Assembly: GCA_965140705.1 (NCBI GenBank)
Contig: OZ223301.1
Coordinates: 1-64,000, forward strand
Source of the DNA: an uncultured Arcobacter sp.
GTDB lineage: Bacteria > Campylobacterota > Campylobacteria > Campylobacterales > Arcobacteraceae
DNA length: 64,000 nucleotides
Direction of reading: 5' to 3'
Part shown: one piece after another, positions 55,749 to 64,000 of the stretch
Position numbering within the stretch: the stretch's first letter is position 1
Layout of the letters: each line of letters begins with the position of its first letter
Translations under genes and position numbers: made by a program
The notes under the pieces: generated by a model
The model's input: the letters and a program-made list of their open reading frames with translations, nothing else
What the model was told of the DNA's origin: nothing
Databases searched by the model: none

Positions 55749-57056
55749 ATGACAGATTTAGATAAGTTTATAGATAATATTGATAAAAATAATTTAATAA
55801 TTCCTTTTGGAAGAATTACTCACATAAGTTCAACTACAATAAAAGCAGTAGGAATAGAAGTTGCTGTTGGAGATATTGTAAAAATAGAGTCTGAACAGCA
55901 CTTATATACTGTTTTAGGTATGACTGCTTCTGTTGAAAGTGATGGATTTAAAATTGTTCCATTTTCTTTTATTGAAGGTTTTAGAATTAATGATAAAGTT
56001 TTTTTACAAAAAGATGGACTGACCGTAAAAAGTGGTTATGGACTATTAGGAAGAGTTGTAAATGCTTTGGGTGAGCCTATTGATAAAAAAGGGAAAGTAA
56101 AGGATTTAGAACAAAATTCTGCAATAAATAAATTATCAATTCCTGCTTTAGAAAGGGGAATTATTGATGAAAGATTTTCAACAGGAGTTAAAGCAATAGA
56201 TTCCATGCTTACCTCTGGAAAAGGGCAAAAAGTAGGAATTTTTGCAGGAAGTGGTGTTGGTAAGTCTACTTTGATGGGAATGATTGTAAAAGGGTGTGAA
56301 GCACAAATAAAAGTTGTAGCACTAATAGGTGAGAGGGGAAGAGAAATTCCTGAGTTTATTCACTACAATTTAAATAATAATTTAGAAAACACAATAATTG
56401 TTACTGCTACTTCAGATGAATCAGCTCTTATGAGAAAATATGGTGCTTTTACAGCTATGGCTATTGCTGAGTTTTTTAGAGACAAAGGGCATGATGTTTT
56501 ATTAATGATGGATTCAGTTACAAGGTTTGCAATGGCTCAAAGGGAAATAGGGCTTAGTATTGGTGAACCACCTGTTAGTAGGGGATATCCACCTTCTGTT
56601 TTTGCACTTTTACCCCAATTGATGGAGAGAGCTGGAAATACAGAACGTGGTTCTATAACTGCATTTTTTACAGTATTAGTTGATGGTGATGATATGAATG
56701 ATCCAATTGCAGATCAAAGTAGATCAATCCTTGATGGGCATATAGTTTTAACAAGAGAATTAACTGAACAAGGTCAATATCCACCTATAGATTTGCTAAA
56801 ATCTGCATCAAGGGTAATGGATAAAGTAGTTAGTCCTGAACATTATAATGGATTTTTAAAGTTAAAAAGAGTATTATCACTAATAAAAGAGAACGAGATA
56901 TTAATTCGCGTTGGTGCTTATAAGCAAGGTATGGATAAAGAATTGGATGATGCTTTAGCAAAAAAAGAGAGTGTTAAGAACTTTCTTTTTCAAGGAACAT
57001 CTGAAAAATATGACTTTAACCAGATTTTTAACCAATTTATGGAGGTGATTAAATGA
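55749..57056 (+). CDS. fliI: Flagellar export ATPase
   Basis: GIFAGSGVGKST, ALIGERGRE, MDSVTRFAMAQREIGL, GYPPSVF, DGHIVL. Confidence 0.97.
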   Translation: MTDLDKFIDNIDKNNLIIPFGRITHISSTTIKAVGIEVAVGDIVKIESEQHLYTVLGMTASVESDGFKIVPFSFIEGFRINDKVFLQKDGLTVKSGYGLLGRVVNALGEPIDKKGKVKDLEQNSAINKLSIPALERGIIDERFSTGVKAIDSMLTSGKGQKVGIFAGSGVGKSTLMGMIVKGCEAQIKVVALIGERGREIPEFIHYNLNNNLENTIIVTATSDESALMRKYGAFTAMAIAEFFRDKGHDVLLMMDSVTRFAMAQREIGLSIGEPPVSRGYPPSVFALLPQLMERAGNTERGSITAFFTVLVDGDDMNDPIADQSRSILDGHIVLTRELTEQGQYPPIDLLKSASRVMDKVVSPEHYNGFLKLKRVLSLIKENEILIRVGAYKQGMDKELDDALAKKESVKNFLFQGTSEKYDFNQIFNQFMEVIK

Positions 57057-58171
57057 TTAATACAGACAGATCAACCCTATATAGATTAGATATATTGAAT
57101 GAACAACAACAAAGAATCACTTATCAACAAAGTACAAAGAAAAAGATTGATGATGGAAGTGATGATTCTGTTGTTTATTCTCAACAACTATTCTTAGAAG
57201 ATAAGCTTAATGTTTATGATGGATTAAAGACTCAGATACAAAATACTACAGCACAAAATGATGTATCAGATTCAACACTTGCTAATATAAAAAAATTATT
57301 AGATACTATTAAACAAGAGATTGTAAAAGGTAGAAATGATACAAATGATGACATTTCAAGAAAATCTATTGCAACACAAATTGAAGGTGCAAAAGAGAAC
57401 TTGTATACGTTAGTTAATGAAAGAGTTCAAGATGAATATATATTCTCTGGTTCTGAAACTAATGAGCAAGCTTTTACTCAAGATGCAAATGGGAAAGTAA
57501 CATATAATGGTAATACAACTTTAAGAAAAAGTGCAGTAGAAGTGAATTCTTATAGAGAAAGAGGTGTTACAGGATTAGACATTATGTCATATAAAACAAC
57601 TGCTGGAGTTTCTGGTCAGCCTTTAAGTTTTAAAGAGGGTGAAAGAATAATTGATGAGAATGGAAGAGAATGGAAATTAAATGCTGCACAAACTGTTCTT
57701 GTAGAGTATGATGAAGATGGTAAATCAACTAAAAATTTTATTGAAGTAAAAACAACAGGAGAATCACCTAATAAAGTACATGAAATAGCTAGTCTACCTA
57801 CAAATGAAGATGGTAGTGAAAAAACTTTTACTGCAAAACATAATACGTTTGATGCCATAGATGATGCTATTAAAGCTTTAAAAAATAATGATGGTGATGC
57901 AATGTCCACTGCTCTTGAAAGTTTAAATAATGCCTGGAATGCTGCAAATACAGCACATGGAGAGCTGGGTGCAAGAAATGCAACATTTGAAGCAGCAGAG
58001 GAAAGAATTACCACAAAAACGACTCATTTTGATGTTTTAGCAATCCAAAATAATGATGCAGATCTGACTAAAGTAGCGATTGAGTCACAACAGTTGCAGT
58101 TAATTTATACGTCACTTTATTCAAGTATTAGCAAGGCAAGCAAATTATCATTAGTTAACTATTTAAGTTAA
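57053..58171 (+). CDS. flgL: Flagellar hook-associated protein 3 (flagellin-like N and C domains)
   Basis: STKKKIDDGSDDS, EYIFSGS, HGELGAR, DADLTKVA, SKLSLVNYL. Confidence 0.82.
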   Translation: MINTDRSTLYRLDILNEQQQRITYQQSTKKKIDDGSDDSVVYSQQLFLEDKLNVYDGLKTQIQNTTAQNDVSDSTLANIKKLLDTIKQEIVKGRNDTNDDISRKSIATQIEGAKENLYTLVNERVQDEYIFSGSETNEQAFTQDANGKVTYNGNTTLRKSAVEVNSYRERGVTGLDIMSYKTTAGVSGQPLSFKEGERIIDENGREWKLNAAQTVLVEYDEDGKSTKNFIEVKTTGESPNKVHEIASLPTNEDGSEKTFTAKHNTFDAIDDAIKALKNNDGDAMSTALESLNNAWNAANTAHGELGARNATFEAAEERITTKTTHFDVLAIQNNDADLTKVAIESQQLQLIYTSLYSSISKASKLSLVNYLS

Positions 58172-58186
58172 TAAAATTTTTAATAT

Positions 58187-60298
58187 ATGAACATAAGAAA
58201 GATATTTTCAAAAGATTTATTTGCAGTAATATTTTTTGTTGCAATATTGTCTATTATAATTATTCCTTTACCGAAATTTATATTAGACTTCTTTTTGATT
58301 TTATCTTTGTCAATTTCATTATTGATTTTACTTATTGGCTTATATATTCAAAAACCTACAGATTTAACAACATTCCCTACACTTATTTTAATATTTGCAC
58401 TGTTTAGACTATCACTAAATATCGCAACAACTAGATCAATTTTAACAGATGGACATAATGGTCCTGAGGCTGTTAGTTCTATTATCTCTGCTTTTGGGAA
58501 CTTTGTTGTTGGTGGTAATATGGTAATTGGTGTTGTTGTATTTATTATTCTAGTGCTTATTAATTTTATGGTTGTTACAAAGGGCTCTACAAGGGTTGCA
58601 GAAGTAACAGCTAGATTTACACTTGATTCTATGCCTGGTAAACAAATGGCAATTGATGCTGATTTAAATGCTGGATTTATTGATGATAAAGAAGCAACAG
58701 AAAGAAGACATGAACTAATTGCAGAAGCAAACTTTTATGGAGCAATGGATGGGTCTTCAAAGTTCGTCCAAGGTGATGCAACAGCTGGTATAATTATCAC
58801 TATTGTAAATATTATTGGTGGACTTTTAATTGGTGTATTCCAACATGATTTAACTATTGCAGAAAGTGCAAAGATTTTTACAATTTTAACTATTGGTGAT
58901 GGTTTAGTTGCACAAATTCCAGCTCTGATTTTATCAACTGCAACTGGTATTATTATCACACGATCTAATCTTGATAAAGACAATTTTGCGGATCAAGCAA
59001 TTAGTCAACTTGTAAGTGATTCAAAAGTTTTAATTTTACTTGGGATTACTTTAGTTTTATTTTCTATGATTCCTGGTTTCCCATCAGGAATATTAATTGT
59101 AATGGGATTATTGTTAGGTGGTACGGGATATATTATTTATATGATTGATTCAGGTGGCGAAAATAGATTTACAAGATTTTTCTCTAAAAAAGAAGAAGTT
59201 GCCGAACAAGATATTTTAGAAAAAATTAAAGAACAAAAAGAAAAAGCTGCTAAACCAGAAAGTGATAAAGAGACTATTGATAATATCATGAAAATGGAAG
59301 TTTTAGAGTTAAAACTTGGTATGAGACTTTTACAACTTGTCCAAGGTAATTCCGATTTATTAGATAAAATTAGAGGTATTAGAAAAACTGTTGCTGCTGA
59401 TTTAGGATTTATTATTCCTCAAATAAAGATTTCCGATGATGCAACTTTAAATTCAAATCAATACTCTTTATATTTAAAAAGAATCCCTCTTGCTGTTGCA
59501 AGTGTAGAAGTTGATAGACTTCTTGCTATGGGAGGAACTTCTAAATCGCAATTAGAAGGGAAAAAGGTAAAAGAACCTGTTTTTGGCCTCGATGCAACAT
59601 GGATAAATCCAGATTTAAAAGATGATGCACTATTAAAGGGATTTACTGTTGTTGATGCACCAACTATTATATCTACTCATATTTCCGAAATAATAAAAAG
59701 ACATGCAGAAGATATTCTTACTAGACAAGATATTGTTGATATAGTTGATGGCTTGAAAAAAGACTTCCCAATAGTTGTAGATGAAGCTATGAAATTAACT
59801 TCACATGGAACATTATTGAAAGTTGCAAAAGATCTTTTACATGAGGGAATACCAATAGTAGATATGTTAACAATTATTGAAGCAGTAGCTGATATAGCAG
59901 AGTATACTAAAGTTCCTGATGTACTTTTAGAGCATGTAAGAAGTAAATTATATAGACTTATTACTAATAGATATTTAGATACTGATAATATTTTACATAT
60001 TATTACTATCAAACCAGAACTTGAACAAAGCTTTATTGGTAAGCTTCAAGACAAGGGTGGAGCATCACAATTATTGTTATCAATTGGTGAGATTAATGAT
60101 TTAGTTACTCATACAAAAGAGTTAGTTAAAAATGTAGAAGCAAAAGGTTATACAAAAATTGCTATGGTTGTAGATCCAGTGTTGAGAAAAAGAGTTTCTG
60201 AAATTTATGAAAAATTTGGTTTAGATATTGCTGTATTAAGTCATGCAGAACTTGATTCTAAAGCTAATTTTTCAATTGAAGGTACAGTAGAGTTTTAA
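58187..60298 (+). CDS. flhA: Flagellar export protein
   Basis: FRLSLNIATTR, RVAEVTARFTLDSMPGKQMAIDADL, FYGAMDGSSKFV.GDA, GDGLVAQIP. Confidence 0.98.
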   Translation: MNIRKIFSKDLFAVIFFVAILSIIIIPLPKFILDFFLILSLSISLLILLIGLYIQKPTDLTTFPTLILIFALFRLSLNIATTRSILTDGHNGPEAVSSIISAFGNFVVGGNMVIGVVVFIILVLINFMVVTKGSTRVAEVTARFTLDSMPGKQMAIDADLNAGFIDDKEATERRHELIAEANFYGAMDGSSKFVQGDATAGIIITIVNIIGGLLIGVFQHDLTIAESAKIFTILTIGDGLVAQIPALILSTATGIIITRSNLDKDNFADQAISQLVSDSKVLILLGITLVLFSMIPGFPSGILIVMGLLLGGTGYIIYMIDSGGENRFTRFFSKKEEVAEQDILEKIKEQKEKAAKPESDKETIDNIMKMEVLELKLGMRLLQLVQGNSDLLDKIRGIRKTVAADLGFIIPQIKISDDATLNSNQYSLYLKRIPLAVASVEVDRLLAMGGTSKSQLEGKKVKEPVFGLDATWINPDLKDDALLKGFTVVDAPTIISTHISEIIKRHAEDILTRQDIVDIVDGLKKDFPIVVDEAMKLTSHGTLLKVAKDLLHEGIPIVDMLTIIEAVADIAEYTKVPDVLLEHVRSKLYRLITNRYLDTDNILHIITIKPELEQSFIGKLQDKGGASQLLLSIGEINDLVTHTKELVKNVEAKGYTKIAMVVDPVLRKRVSEIYEKFGLDIAVLSHAELDSKANFSIEGTVEF

Positions 60299-60300
60299 TC

Positions 60301-61776
60301 ATGAATTTATTTTTTAAGTTTTTTATAGTAATAGTTTTTGCATCTTTTCTTTATGGAGATGTTGTTGTAAAATCAAGTGATAATTTTGTTTTAAATGAAA
60401 ATTATGTTTTTGAAATAGAAGCAGATGGTACAGATGTTGAGTTTCCTAAAATAGACAAGATAGATAATTACATAGTTTCAAATTTAGGAACTAGTAGAAC
60501 AATGACAAGTATTAATGGCAATGTTGTAAATAAGATAAAAAAGACTTATGCAATAAAACCAACAAAAGAGTTCACCCTACCATCTTTTGAGATAAAAGTT
60601 GATGGAAAAACTTTTAAGACAAAGGAAAAACTTGTAAAAGAAGTTATTCCTAGTAAAACAAAATCAAAAAACTTTGATTTTAAAATTTCATTAAATAAAA
60701 CTACTTTATATACTGGTGAAGATGCGATTTTAAATATGAAATTTAAATATAAAAAAGATTTACAAATAGCAGATTTAGGTTTTAACATGCCTGTATTTAA
60801 TGATATTTGGAGTAAGAAAATTAATGAAAAAAATAAAAGTTATGAAGAGAATGGTTTTATTGTTCAAGAATTAAACTTTTTAATTTCTCCACAAAAAGCT
60901 GGTCACTTAAGAATAGACCCTATAAAAATAGAAGCAAAAGTAATTGATGAAAATGCTTTTAGTTATTCTTTATTTTCACAAGCTGCAAAATTAGAAAAAA
61001 TCTATTCTAACTCTCTTACTTTAGATGTAAAACCACTACCTAAAGGTGTTAATTTAGTGGGTGATTTTTCTATAAAAACTTCTGTATCTAAAAATGAAAT
61101 AAAGGCAGGAGATTCTTTATCTTTTAAAGTAGAAATTGATGGAACTGGAAATATTGATGATATGGATGATATTAAATTGAATATCAAAGATGCAACAATA
61201 TTTGATGATAAACCAAAAATTCAAACAAAAATTGTAAATGATAAATACGTAGGTTCATATAAAAAGTCTTTTTCAATAATTGCAAATAAAGATTTTGAAA
61301 TACCCCAAATACAACTTAAATATTTTGATAAAAATACTCAAAAAGTAGTTGTTAAAAGTTCTCCAACTTATAAAATAAAAGTTAAAAATATTAAAAGTCA
61401 AAAGAGCTTTTCAGGATTAGAAAAGGCTCAACCTAAGGAGCAAGTGGAAGTAGTAAAGGAAAAAATAGTTTATAAAACATCTTTAAATAAAATGATATTA
61501 TCATTTATATTAGGTGTCTTTTTGACTATTATAGCTTTTTCTATTTATTTTTATATTAAATCTAAGAGGGCTTTAAAACATAAAGATGATTTGTCACTTT
61601 TAAAATTAGTAAAAAAATCTAAAAATGAAAATGAAATGATAAAGATACTTCTTCCATATATTGGATATAATAAAAATCTTGATGAAATAATTTTTAAACT
61701 TGAGAAAGATAAATCAATAGATTTTAAAAGTGTTAAAAATGAGATTATTAAAATATTAAAAATTTTAGATTTGTAA
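60301..61776 (+). CDS. BatD-family (oxygen tolerance) protein
   Basis: Signal peptide, SINGNV, YTGE, SNSLTLDVKPLP, VGDF, IDGTGN, IPQIQLKYFD, C-terminal TM. Confidence 0.75.
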   Translation: MNLFFKFFIVIVFASFLYGDVVVKSSDNFVLNENYVFEIEADGTDVEFPKIDKIDNYIVSNLGTSRTMTSINGNVVNKIKKTYAIKPTKEFTLPSFEIKVDGKTFKTKEKLVKEVIPSKTKSKNFDFKISLNKTTLYTGEDAILNMKFKYKKDLQIADLGFNMPVFNDIWSKKINEKNKSYEENGFIVQELNFLISPQKAGHLRIDPIKIEAKVIDENAFSYSLFSQAAKLEKIYSNSLTLDVKPLPKGVNLVGDFSIKTSVSKNEIKAGDSLSFKVEIDGTGNIDDMDDIKLNIKDATIFDDKPKIQTKIVNDKYVGSYKKSFSIIANKDFEIPQIQLKYFDKNTQKVVVKSSPTYKIKVKNIKSQKSFSGLEKAQPKEQVEVVKEKIVYKTSLNKMILSFILGVFLTIIAFSIYFYIKSKRALKHKDDLSLLKLVKKSKNENEMIKILLPYIGYNKNLDEIIFKLEKDKSIDFKSVKNEIIKILKILDL

Positions 61777-61786
61777 AAGGATATTT

Positions 61787-62497
61787 ATGAAAATTGTTGC
61801 TGTTTTTCTTCTAAGTGCAAGTTTATTATTTGCAATGGAGTATTACTCAAAACTAGAGCCCTATGATAGTTTTGTGATAAAATCTTCAGTAAGTGGAAAA
61901 GTACTTTTTTCAAATGAAGAAGTAGAGGGAAAATATATAAATAAAAAAACAAAAATAATAGAAATAGATAATAATGTAGATAAAATTGATCTTGCTCAAA
62001 CGAAAAATAAATTAAAAGTTTTAGATTCTATGTTAGCTATTCAACAAAAAAATTATAATAGATTATATAAAATATCTTCAAAATCTGCTTTTGAAAAAGA
62101 TAATCAAAAAATTCAAGTTTTAAATTTAGAATCAACAAAAAGTGACTTAATAATAAATATAGCTAAGCTTGAAGATACTATTAAAAATAAAGTTTTATGG
62201 GAAGATAAGACTTATATTTATAATATAAATGTAAAAAAAGGAGATTATGTAACTCCTGGAACCTTATTATATGAATCAAAAGATCTTAGTAAAGGTAAGC
62301 TAGAAATTTATATTCCTATTTCTGATTATGATTCAATTTCCAATAAAACAATATATATTGATGGTAAAAAAAGTGATTTAAAAGTTGACAAGATTTATAA
62401 AGTAGCTGATAGTAAACATATCTCTTCATATAAAGTAGAAATAATAGTGCCTAATCCAAAAACTTTTTCTAGACTTGTTAAAATAGAATTTAAATAA
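61787..62497 (+). CDS. HlyD/efflux periplasmic adaptor-like protein
   Basis: Signal peptide, IKSSVSGKV and INVKKGDYVTPGTLL lipoyl half-motifs around a helical hairpin. Confidence 0.7.
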   Translation: MKIVAVFLLSASLLFAMEYYSKLEPYDSFVIKSSVSGKVLFSNEEVEGKYINKKTKIIEIDNNVDKIDLAQTKNKLKVLDSMLAIQQKNYNRLYKISSKSAFEKDNQKIQVLNLESTKSDLIINIAKLEDTIKNKVLWEDKTYIYNINVKKGDYVTPGTLLYESKDLSKGKLEIYIPISDYDSISNKTIYIDGKKSDLKVDKIYKVADSKHISSYKVEIIVPNPKTFSRLVKIEFK

Positions 62498-62503
62498 AAT
62501 AAC

Positions 62504-63688
62504 TTGAACTACAAAGAACTTTTAACTAATTACCCCCTTGTAAGAAAGCTCTCTCTTCTTCAAGTAATAGCTTATTTTGGAGCTTGGTTTTCAAATGTTG
62601 CTATTTACACTATGCTTGTAAACTTTGGCTCTAGTGCCTTTATAATTTCCCTAGTTACAGCAATGTTTTTTATTCCAGCAATTATAATAGCTCCCTTGTC
62701 TGGTGCAATTATAGATAGATTTAGAATCAAACCTTTAATGCTTACATTATTAAGTACAGAATTGTGTATGACTCTATTACTTCTTACTATTAATGGAAAA
62801 GAAGATATTTTGTTTTTAATGATACTTATTTTTATAAGAATGAGTAGTGCATCTATGTTTTTTTCAGCAGAAATGACATTATTACCTAAAATAGTCTCAG
62901 GTGATGTTTTAAAAAAGACAAATGAAATTCATTCTATTATTTGGTCATTTTCTTATGCTTTTGGTATGGCAATGAGTGGGCTTGTTGTAAACTATTTTGG
63001 AGTTAAAGCAGCTATTATTTTAGATGCTTTATTTTTTACTTTAGCCATATTAGTTTTTTTTAATATAGAATTTAAAGTAGAAATTATACATACAAAAGAG
63101 AAAGTTTTTTCTATGATAAAAGGTGGATTTTTATATATAAAAAATAATAAGCATGTTCTTCATCTTTTACTTTTACACGCATCAGTTGGATTAACTTCTT
63201 TTGATACACTTGTAACTTTATTAGCTAAAAATGAGTATAAATACGTAATCGCAGTACCCTTATCAATAGGTATAACAAATGCAATTAGAGCAATGGCTCT
63301 TATGGTAGGTCCTTTTATAATTACAAATTGGGTAAATAAAGATAGATTAACTCTTTTATTTATTTTTCAAGGAGTTGGTATAATTTTATGGGGAATTTTC
63401 CAATTTAACTTTTATTTGGCATTAATTATGGTGTTTTTAACTGGTTTTACAACAACAACTATTTGGTCAATAACATATGCTTTTATACAAGAAAGAGTTG
63501 AACACAAATATTTAGGACGAGTAATTTCATATAATGACATGATATTTATGTTATCAAATGTTCTTACTACATTTTTTATCGGTGTTCTAGCGGATATTAT
63601 CCCTCTTAGTTTTATTACTATTATCTTAGGTTTTGCTTTTCTTCTTGTTTCTTATTATTATAAAGTAGTTGTAAAAATTCTTTTATAA
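62504..63688 (+). CDS. MFS transporter (DHA3/macrolide-efflux-like)
   Basis: About 12 TMs, SGAIIDRF motif A, LLPKIV, KYLGRVIS. Confidence 0.88.
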   Translation: MNYKELLTNYPLVRKLSLLQVIAYFGAWFSNVAIYTMLVNFGSSAFIISLVTAMFFIPAIIIAPLSGAIIDRFRIKPLMLTLLSTELCMTLLLLTINGKEDILFLMILIFIRMSSASMFFSAEMTLLPKIVSGDVLKKTNEIHSIIWSFSYAFGMAMSGLVVNYFGVKAAIILDALFFTLAILVFFNIEFKVEIIHTKEKVFSMIKGGFLYIKNNKHVLHLLLLHASVGLTSFDTLVTLLAKNEYKYVIAVPLSIGITNAIRAMALMVGPFIITNWVNKDRLTLLFIFQGVGIILWGIFQFNFYLALIMVFLTGFTTTTIWSITYAFIQERVEHKYLGRVISYNDMIFMLSNVLTTFFIGVLADIIPLSFITIILGFAFLLVSYYYKVVVKILL

Positions 63689-64000
63689 TAGTTCTATATC
63701 TTTTATATCATCAGTAGATAATTTTTCCATTTTCTCTTCAACTATATTTAAAAACAAAGCTTTATTATTCTCATCCATATTATTTTCAACCATCTCAGTA
63801 ATATATTTTATACCATTTGCATTTATCTTTTTTACACTTGCTAAGTAGTGAACAAAAGAGACTATTTTTGTATCATTGATTGAATATAGTTTTTTTACTT
63901 CTTTTTTCTCTGGTAAAAGCCCTTTGTCTTCATACATTTTTAAGGTTCTTACTTTTGTACCTAAAAGTTCTGCAATACTACTTAAAGGTAATATTTCCTT
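63683..64000 (-). CDS. MerR-family HTH regulator, 5'-truncated by window edge
   Basis: Frame open to 64000: KEILPLSSIAELLGTKVRTLKMYEDKGLLP...KLYS. Confidence 0.75.
   Translation of the reverse strand, partial: KEILPLSSIAELLGTKVRTLKMYEDKGLLPEKKEVKKLYSINDTKIVSFVHYLASVKKINANGIKYITEMVENNMDENNKALFLNIVEEKMEKLSTDDIKDIELL

Noticed and set aside
57053..58171. Flagellin
   Set aside because: YIFSG and the SLVNYL ending fit FlgL; the flagellin-type INSAADDAAG and AQAN motifs are absent
465..61187. Numerous short ORFs antisense to or out of frame within long genes (e.g. 1674..2432, 24590..25126, 57616..58014, 18780..19052)
   Set aside because: They overlap well-supported genes, lack motifs, and are the expected shadows of biased codon usage
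63683..64000. Naming the partial MerR gene hspR
   Set aside because: It lacks the HPQTLRQYER-type signature and the N-terminus is outside the window

Overview
Very AT-rich, gene-dense bacterial window, almost entirely on the + strand. Gene content and order point to Campylobacterota, most likely Arcobacteraceae; this rests on glyQ-nif3-zinc ribbon-waaA synteny, an epsilon-type CheZ and FliY, and one large flagellar cluster, and is an inference. Layout: (1) 1-4605, the 3' end of a giant RTX/T1SS-type adhesin; (2) tkt; (3) an accessory block at 6.7-18.8 kb with a dehydrogenase, a Fur-boxed TonB receptor, two PepSY-TM proteins, GGCT, a small thioredoxin-like protein, rarD and a MerR-amidohydrolase-aas operon; (4) housekeeping genes purE to rimM; (5) a ~34 kb flagellar/chemotaxis cluster (26268-60298) with several uncharacterised genes; (6) batD-like, HlyD-like, MFS and a partial MerR gene. 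No rRNA, tRNA, CRISPR array or transposase was recognised. The best leads are: a CheZ with about six CheY-P-docking-like peptides plus a divergently transcribed membrane/SPOR-like protein carrying the same peptide; a PomA/PomB-like (Na+-signature) stator; a 165-bp tandem repeat inside the hook ruler fliK; a probable ATT start codon that restores a signal peptide to a flagellar TPR protein; a hairpin burying the SD and AUG of a PepSY gene; and twin 27-bp operators flanking the MerR promoter. All calls come from motif recognition by eye, with no database searches.
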